64,000 nucleotides of DNA from Dehalococcoidia bacterium (GTDB taxonomy: Bacteria; Chloroflexota; Dehalococcoidia; Bin125). A program made the position numbers and the translations under genes. Shown here in pieces: positions 59,901 through 64,000 of this stretch. The first letter of the stretch is position 1, and every line of letters begins with the position of its first letter. The notes under the pieces are model-generated. The model ran no database searches, was not told the origin of the DNA, and worked only from the letters and a program-made list of their open reading frames with translations. The DNA is taken from contig CBDBPH010000002.1 of assembly GCA_965208665.1 (NCBI GenBank), positions 1,163,040 to 1,227,039 of the forward strand, written 5' to 3'.

Positions 59901-61353
59901 CGTTCATCGCCACGTCGAGCGGAGGCAGGCCGCTCTCGGACTCGCGCCAACGATCGGCCGAAATGCCCGCATTGACCGCCTGGATCTGGGGCACATCCAT
60001 GCGGCGCAGGACATCCGTCGCCCACTCGTCCTCCGTACGCTGCTCGGGAGCGGACGCTCCCATGGCGAATGACATGGTGTGCACCACAGCGTCGACGATT
60101 AGCGACCCGTCATCATCGAAGAAGTACGAGCAGGCATCGGGCAGATTGAGGCCGTCCTCACCGACTGATCCATCCTTCAGCGAGTAGGCGAACACCGGCA
60201 ACACATTGAGGCCCGCAGCCTCGCCGGCCTCGACCAGCGCGTCGATGAAGTCGGTGTCACCGGCGAGCCAGTACGAGCGGTAAAACGTGAGTCCCACAGT
60301 GGGCTTTGCCGGATCGGAGATGGCGAACCAGTCATCGAGATCGTCGCCGGTGATGCGCCGATGGTAGATGCCGGTACGAGGCTGCTCCGCTGGCGGGTCG
60401 TATCCGATCCCGGTGGCCAGCAGGTGGTCGCTCAGGAAGTAGAGGCACTGACGGAAGTTCTCGAGACCGCCAAGCTGTAGGTACGCTTTCGCCTCGTGTG
60501 CGATCGCCACGCCAGTGTTCGAGTAGGCGGTCAGCTCAGGATCCAGATCGTCGGTGGCGGGCATCGCGATGAGCCATTGGGATTCACGATCGATTGTCGC
60601 GGCCAGGCGCCGGAATCCTGGCAGTCCTGCCGCTCCGCCGTAGATCTTGACGAGCACGACCTCGGCCGACGGCACCACGGACTCGAAGAACGCTGTCGCC
60701 TCCGCCTCGTCCTGAAGGTGGGAGACGTTGATCACCTGGACTGGAGGCAACTGCTCGTCGAGGCCGCCGGAGACGGCGGAAGCCATCAACAAGTCGGTAT
60801 CGGCGTGAGTCAGCACGAGGATGCCCTCTCGGTGAGCGGCGACCTCGTCATGCACGGGCGGAGGCGCTACCGGCTCTACCAACTTGCCGTCCGTGCGAAC
60901 GGCTGAGAACGCAACGTCTCGCAGAGCCGCTGGCGGCGGCAGCCAGCGCTCTTCGGTGATCAGCGTGTCGATGTAGTCGTATAGATCGACGATCCGTTGC
61001 TCCGTGTTCATCGAGTGGAAGAAGGTGGTCGTGCCTTCGAACAGGAGCATGCAGACGTTGGCGAGCGGGCAGGGCCCGAGGCAACCGGCCATGTTGAGGT
61101 GCACCTGGTTGCGGATGCGTCGGCGTTCCCACTCCTCGTGGTACAGGTCGAAATGGCCTTCCGGCTTGCCCTCCTCCTCACGTCCGCAGCAGCAGCCGAA
61201 CCGACAGACGAAGAGCTGTCCCATCTGCCGGTTGACGTTGACCATCTTGCCGTCGGCGCGGGTGACGAGATTGCGGGCCCTACGGGGTCGTCGTGCGTTC
61301 TCAGCGTCGCGGACGCGCGCCTCGGTGTCGCCGGGAAGTTCCTGGGTGCCCAC
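56905..61353 (-). CDS. cobN: cobaltochelatase large subunit CobN with an N-terminal Cys-rich extension
   Basis: Very long ORF of the CobN/Mg-chelatase H family (CobN-type blocks throughout). Start proposed at the GTG at 61353 (GGAGGGA 8 nt upstream). The track start at 61443 lies 3 nt after the predicted riboswitch P1 and has no Shine-Dalgarno. Confidence 0.9.
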   Translation of the reverse strand: MGTQELPGDTEARVRDAENARRPRRARNLVTRADGKMVNVNRQMGQLFVCRFGCCCGREEEGKPEGHFDLYHEEWERRRIRNQVHLNMAGCLGPCPLANVCMLLFEGTTTFFHSMNTEQRIVDLYDYIDTLITEERWLPPPAALRDVAFSAVRTDGKLVEPVAPPPVHDEVAAHREGILVLTHADTDLLMASAVSGGLDEQLPPVQVINVSHLQDEAEATAFFESVVPSAEVVLVKIYGGAAGLPGFRRLAATIDRESQWLIAMPATDDLDPELTAYSNTGVAIAHEAKAYLQLGGLENFRQCLYFLSDHLLATGIGYDPPAEQPRTGIYHRRITGDDLDDWFAISDPAKPTVGLTFYRSYWLAGDTDFIDALVEAGEAAGLNVLPVFAYSLKDGSVGEDGLNLPDACSYFFDDDGSLIVDAVVHTMSFAMGASAPEQRTEDEWATDVLRRMDVPQIQAVNAGISADRWRESESGLPPLDVAMNVAIPELDGRIIGVPVAFKEEGSGLDGQRLTRRVTEADRAKRLMELAARLAALRRTPPAEKRIAVVLTNHNAKAARIANAVGLDSPASLLELLRRLRDAGYEVDELPADPDAMMALIVERGHYDRDLLTEEQLRGAVARVSAGRYDVWFGQLPARRADEMREQWGIPPGEHYVDDTGMLALAGLRFGNVLVAVQPPRGYGMDKTAIMHRADLAPPYPYHAMYRWLAEPESAGGFGADAVVHLGKHGSLEWLPGKGVGLSEECYPDAFLGSLPLVYPFIVDDPGEGAAAKRRAHATIVDHLPPPMTTADTYGELDQLGRLVDEYYLLERTDPDKLPLLQQQIWAVLQDADLDKDLGALLNADNAEDHTHDWDPTTHEDGVPYSISDLSGNEFAHLVEAVHAYLHELGTAPIRDGLHVLGRPPSGEQLIDTLLMLVRLANGAVPSLRVGIGAAYGLDVPAALRAPGQRPVGSLDALNADSGVPVESNATALGAVQEMARMVLRALDRVEFDSAQLDDCVADSLPRATDQTGLRSVRETLTFVCDRLVPALHRTDEEMLHILSALEGRYVPSGPSGAPTRGMAHVLPTGRNFYAVDPRSIPSATAWQVGQDLAQGLIDRHIREQGEPPRSVGISIWGTSAMRTSGDDIAQVLALLGVRPVWQPESRRVTGIEVIPLAELGRPRIDVVCRISGFFRDAFPHAIAMIDEAVERVSNLEESPDDNFVRSNRLDQAAQLRSEGLSEPNAWRDAGYRIFGSPPGTYGAGILQLLDERNWRDDADLAETYVNWGGHAYTRDVFGADARSAFRSALSTVSIAVKNQDNREHDIFDSDDYMQFHGGMIATIRSLTGRNPQRYFGDTQDPDQPRVRSLQEEANRVFRSRVVNPKWIDAMKRHGYKGALEVAATVDYIFGYDATAHVVHDWQYEQLTQRYLLDESMADFFAASNPWARKEIAERLLEAIQRGLWESPEPNTQTAIESALLEAEGDIEGRGEPVPASGAGIEV

Positions 61354-61446
61354 TGATGCGCTCCCTCCGTCGAGGGGGAGGAAGTGAGCAGGCCCGAACC
61401 CGGCCGACTCGCCCTCTCCCGTGCCGCGCGGGCTGGACGTCACGTT

Positions 61447-61547
61447 GCTTGTCGGCGACCTGGCTGACCACCGCTTTCGGGCGGATCACAGTTGCGGGAC
61501 AGCGCCGGATTCGCACCGGCTTCGCGACTTTACAGCAGCCAACAGGC
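61447..61547 (-). promoter_or_regulatory. probable compact cobalamin riboswitch aptamer upstream of cobN
   Basis: The minus-strand RNA reads GCCTGTTGGC...AAAGTCGCGAAGCCGGTGCGAATCCGGCGCTGTCCCGCAACTGTGA...CCGCCCGAAAGCGG...TCAGCCAGGTCGCCGACAAGC. It matches the core GGTG..AATCC....C.G..CCCGC.ACTGT, has a B12-box-like GCCAGG..GCC, and a 10-bp P1 with one mismatch. Downstream, CCCTC-GACG-GAGGG can sequester the Shine-Dalgarno. Confidence 0.5.
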
Positions 61548-61640
61548 TACTACGGACTGCCATTCGTTCATCGCGCACAATGCACGAATCGCGGCCAACC
61601 AGGTGGAGGCGGGCCTCGCCTTCGCCTTGACAGGCCGAGG

Positions 61641-62312
61641 TTACGAGTCTTCTATAGGAGCATGGAACACGAGGATTGTGAGGTCGCTCCACCGCCTATC
61701 GTCCGAGGCGAGGGACGCGAGCGTTCGCCTCGTGATGCGTTCGTCTGGCAGTGAGAGGCGTTCCAGCACCTGCACATCCATGTCGGCACGCACGCCGGCT
61801 TCGATCAAACGGCGTGCGATTGCGGCAGGCATCAGGTCGAACGGGCGAGGCAAGACGATCAAGTTCCGGCTTCCCTCTCGCAGCGCTGCGACCAGCGTGT
61901 CCATTCCTGCCTCGTGACCGTCGCGCACGTGGAGGGTGATGAACAGCGACGCCTCCATGGCGAGCCCGAAACGGGCGCACGCGATTTGCACGGAGCTGAT
62001 TCCTGGAATCGGCTCGATCTCGGCTCTGTCGCGGATCCGCGCGAGGAGTTCGCCGGCGGAGAAGTTGAGGTCTCCCCAGACACAGAGCACGCATCGCTTA
62101 CCCGCCCCAGCGTGGCTCGCCAACTCATCCAGCACCAGATCCTGGTCCCGGTAGCTCATGGCCAGCGCTGTGCCATGAATCCAGCGACCAACCGGCTCAA
62201 GCACGGTCGCGAACCCGGCGACGTAGTCGGCCGCTTCAATCGCTGCCCGCGCCTTCAAGGTGAGCAGCTCGGGGTCTCCGGGTCCTACTCCAACCACGGC
62301 AATCGTTGCCAC
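61641..62312 (-). CDS. tetrapyrrole (corrin/porphyrin) methylase family protein, CbiE/CobL-N-like
   Basis: Has IAVVGVGPGDPELLTLKA (the TP-methylase N-terminal motif) and is 223 aa long, with a B12 context. GTG start with GGAGAGG upstream. Confidence 0.7.
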   Translation of the reverse strand: MATIAVVGVGPGDPELLTLKARAAIEAADYVAGFATVLEPVGRWIHGTALAMSYRDQDLVLDELASHAGAGKRCVLCVWGDLNFSAGELLARIRDRAEIEPIPGISSVQIACARFGLAMEASLFITLHVRDGHEAGMDTLVAALREGSRNLIVLPRPFDLMPAAIARRLIEAGVRADMDVQVLERLSLPDERITRRTLASLASDDRRWSDLTILVFHAPIEDS

Positions 62313-62353
62313 CGCTTCGCCTCTCCAGGTTTGCTACCGACGCCCGCTGCCGC

Positions 62354-63652
62354 CTACTCCGCCAGGCTGAACGACTCAGCCGGCGGATCTGGAAAGTCCT
62401 CAGGCCAGAGCAGCCTCGCCAGGTCTTCTGCCCCCCGAATGTTCCAGTAGGAGAGCGTCGTGAAGTGCTTACTCACCACTACATGTACGGCTCCGCTCTT
62501 GACCGCGGGAACTTCGGCCAACGCCTCGTTGTCGAGCAGGCTCTGGCGAAACTCCTCGGCCCCGAACTCGAGCGGCTGGGCAATGATGACGATCTCGGGT
62601 GCCATCGCAATCACGCCTTCGAGACTGGTCGTCTGGATGCCGGCAATGCCTGCCGTCTCCGCCGCGTTAACGCCGCCGGCGGCGACGATCACGCCGCCCT
62701 CGGTCGAGTTCCCGCCGGCGACCCAGAGCGAGTCCGAGTACCGGGTCAAGGCCAGCACGCTGGGCCGAGGCGATTTCGCGCTGGTTACCGCGATCAAGGA
62801 CTGATAGCGCGCCTGGACCTCAGCGGCGAACTCCAGGGCGCGTTCCTCCTCGCCAAAGATGTAGCCCATCAGCAGAATGTTGTTGATTCGCGCTTCAGGG
62901 CTCTGAATCAGCTCCGTCTGGATGACGGGAATGCCAGCCCGCTGCAGCGCATCGACGGCTTCCACCGGGAAGAACGGGCTCGTGACCACGACATCGGGAG
63001 ATTGCGCAATAATCACTTCCGGATCACGCGTGATCTCAGCTTTCTCTTGCACCAGCGCTGCGACGTTTGAGTAGGTGGCGTTTTTGGTCGATGAGCCGAC
63101 AGCGACCAGGCGATCGTTGGGCACCAACGCCAGCGCCATCTCATCGTGCCCGACCGACGCGGTGATGATCCGCATCGGCTTGGCCGGGATGCTGACGACG
63201 CCGTTCAGGCCCTCGACCTCGCGCGGCCAGCCGGAGTTGCTCGGATCGACGATGCCCCGCACACCTTGGAGCGTGCTCGATTTTGCCGGTGAGGGTTGCG
63301 TCTGTTCGGTCGTCGCCTCCTCTTCGGCCTGCTTCTGAGACTCGGCTTGCTGCGGTGGAGCGGCCTGTTCCGACTCTTGAGACTCTGCCTGGCGGTTCTG
63401 AGTTTGCTCAGTCTGGGCGACGGCGGCGTCCGCCTCTGGTTGTTGTTCACTGCCGGTCGGCGACTGCTCGGAAGGCGCAGCCTCTTGCTGAGCTTGCGCT
63501 TGGTCCTGAACCGGCTGTGCTTCGGTCTGGGCGGCGAGAGGTTGCGGCTCAGGCTGTGCCTGTTGCGGTTCGTCCGATGAACAAGCCACCAAGATCAAAC
63601 CAGCGACCACTACCGCCAGCCATCCGACCCAACGCGACGATGATGCAGACAT
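62354..63652 (-). CDS. lipoprotein, periplasmic-binding-protein type 2 (BtuF/FhuD-like cobalamin/siderophore SBP) with long Q/E/A/P-rich linker
   Basis: Signal plus lipobox LILVAC, about 110 aa of low complexity, then a BtuF-like fold (RIITASVGHDEMALAL, PDVVVTS, EIVIIAQ). Start at ATG 63652 (AGGAG 6 nt upstream). Confidence 0.85.
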   Translation of the reverse strand: MSASSSRWVGWLAVVVAGLILVACSSDEPQQAQPEPQPLAAQTEAQPVQDQAQAQQEAAPSEQSPTGSEQQPEADAAVAQTEQTQNRQAESQESEQAAPPQQAESQKQAEEEATTEQTQPSPAKSSTLQGVRGIVDPSNSGWPREVEGLNGVVSIPAKPMRIITASVGHDEMALALVPNDRLVAVGSSTKNATYSNVAALVQEKAEITRDPEVIIAQSPDVVVTSPFFPVEAVDALQRAGIPVIQTELIQSPEARINNILLMGYIFGEEERALEFAAEVQARYQSLIAVTSAKSPRPSVLALTRYSDSLWVAGGNSTEGGVIVAAGGVNAAETAGIAGIQTTSLEGVIAMAPEIVIIAQPLEFGAEEFRQSLLDNEALAEVPAVKSGAVHVVVSKHFTTLSYWNIRGAEDLARLLWPEDFPDPPAESFSLAE

Positions 63653-63734
63653 GCCCAACTCCTTCGGCTCCGCCGGAGGGTTGAGGTTCGACCTAACCGG
63701 AGCATGCGCCCGGAGATCGAGGGACCTCTCTGAA

Positions 63735-63925
63735 GCGGAGAGTTGTCACCTCTCGTCCAGGCAGGTCTCCTGGCTTGCGGGAGGAGGTCCTGGCCGAGCC
63801 CTTCCCATCGACGCGTGGGCGGTCGACAGTAGGCGTCAGCTCTCCATTCTGCTCACTCGAGTGAGCCCCGCTTACAGTGGCGCTACCGCGTCGGAATCTC
63901 ACCGACTTCCCTATTCTCCCAGGAC
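63735..63925 (-). promoter_or_regulatory. cobalamin (B12) riboswitch, long class
   Basis: The minus-strand RNA contains AATAGGGAAGTCGGTGAGATTCCGACGCGGTAGCGCCACTGTAAGCGGGG and, downstream, the B12 box AAGCCAGGAGACCTGCC (63760-63776). It lies directly 5' of the SBP gene. Confidence 0.85.
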
Positions 63926-64000
63926 GGGCACCTGGACGAATGCTGCTGCGAATGAGCCTAACACCGGCCCTTGCCGCGTGACCCTATTGCTGACTCTTGG

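Noticed and set aside
61486-61692. 68-aa minus-strand ORF between cbiE-like and cobN
   Set aside because: It overlaps the cbiE-like 3' end and the riboswitch-like core, and its translation has no coding character.

Overview
High-GC (by eye, not computed), gene-dense bacterial chromosome segment with about 60 protein genes, two tRNAs and no rRNA, CRISPR, transposase or integrase. Between about 10.1 and 50.8 kb almost everything is on the minus strand, often with 1-4 nt stop/start overlaps. Contents, left to right: a cyclase fusion and a URO-D-like gene. Two tandem paralogous membrane proteins. Seven consecutive SDR genes, five of them a head-to-tail paralogue array. A NuoI-like ferredoxin with class I and class III CoA-transferases. 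purL-purQ. A PgpH-like 7TM-HD protein and YqeY. Two tiny zinc-ribbon-like ORFs. A b6-type cytochrome bc operon (cyt b6, subunit IV, Rieske, cyt c). purM-purF. A long compact minus-strand unit: rrf2-cysK-(Ubl-E1 fusion)-cysO-cysM-rhodanese-hypothetical-MT-A70 methyltransferase-JAMM-folP-folK, divergent from cysH. A grx-like/lgt/resB/thrC-like/epoxide hydrolase string. Three epoxide hydrolase paralogues flanking REP-like hairpins and a 1059-aa secreted repeat protein. A thrC-like plus NIL-domain pair. Uma2 nuclease, a small Mo-oxidoreductase, lspA-rluD. A 576-bp C/A-skewed spacer with a 10-bp x5 tandem repeat. gltX-tRNA-Gln-tRNA-Glu. A B12-regulated block (btuF-like SBP, cbiE-like, cobN, fused chlI/chlD) with one clear and one probable cobalamin riboswitch. 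Taxonomic guess (inference only): Chloroflexota-like, based on the split cyt b6/subunit IV plus Rieske, the CysO/CysM route, the REP-type hairpins and the oxidoreductase paralogue expansion. The most unusual item is the ubiquitin-like sulfur-carrier module (JAMM, free CysO ending GG-AT, Ubl fused in cis to its E1), which has an MT-A70 methyltransferase and an unknown 126-aa protein translationally coupled inside it. All functional calls come from motif recognition in the supplied translations; no database search was possible.
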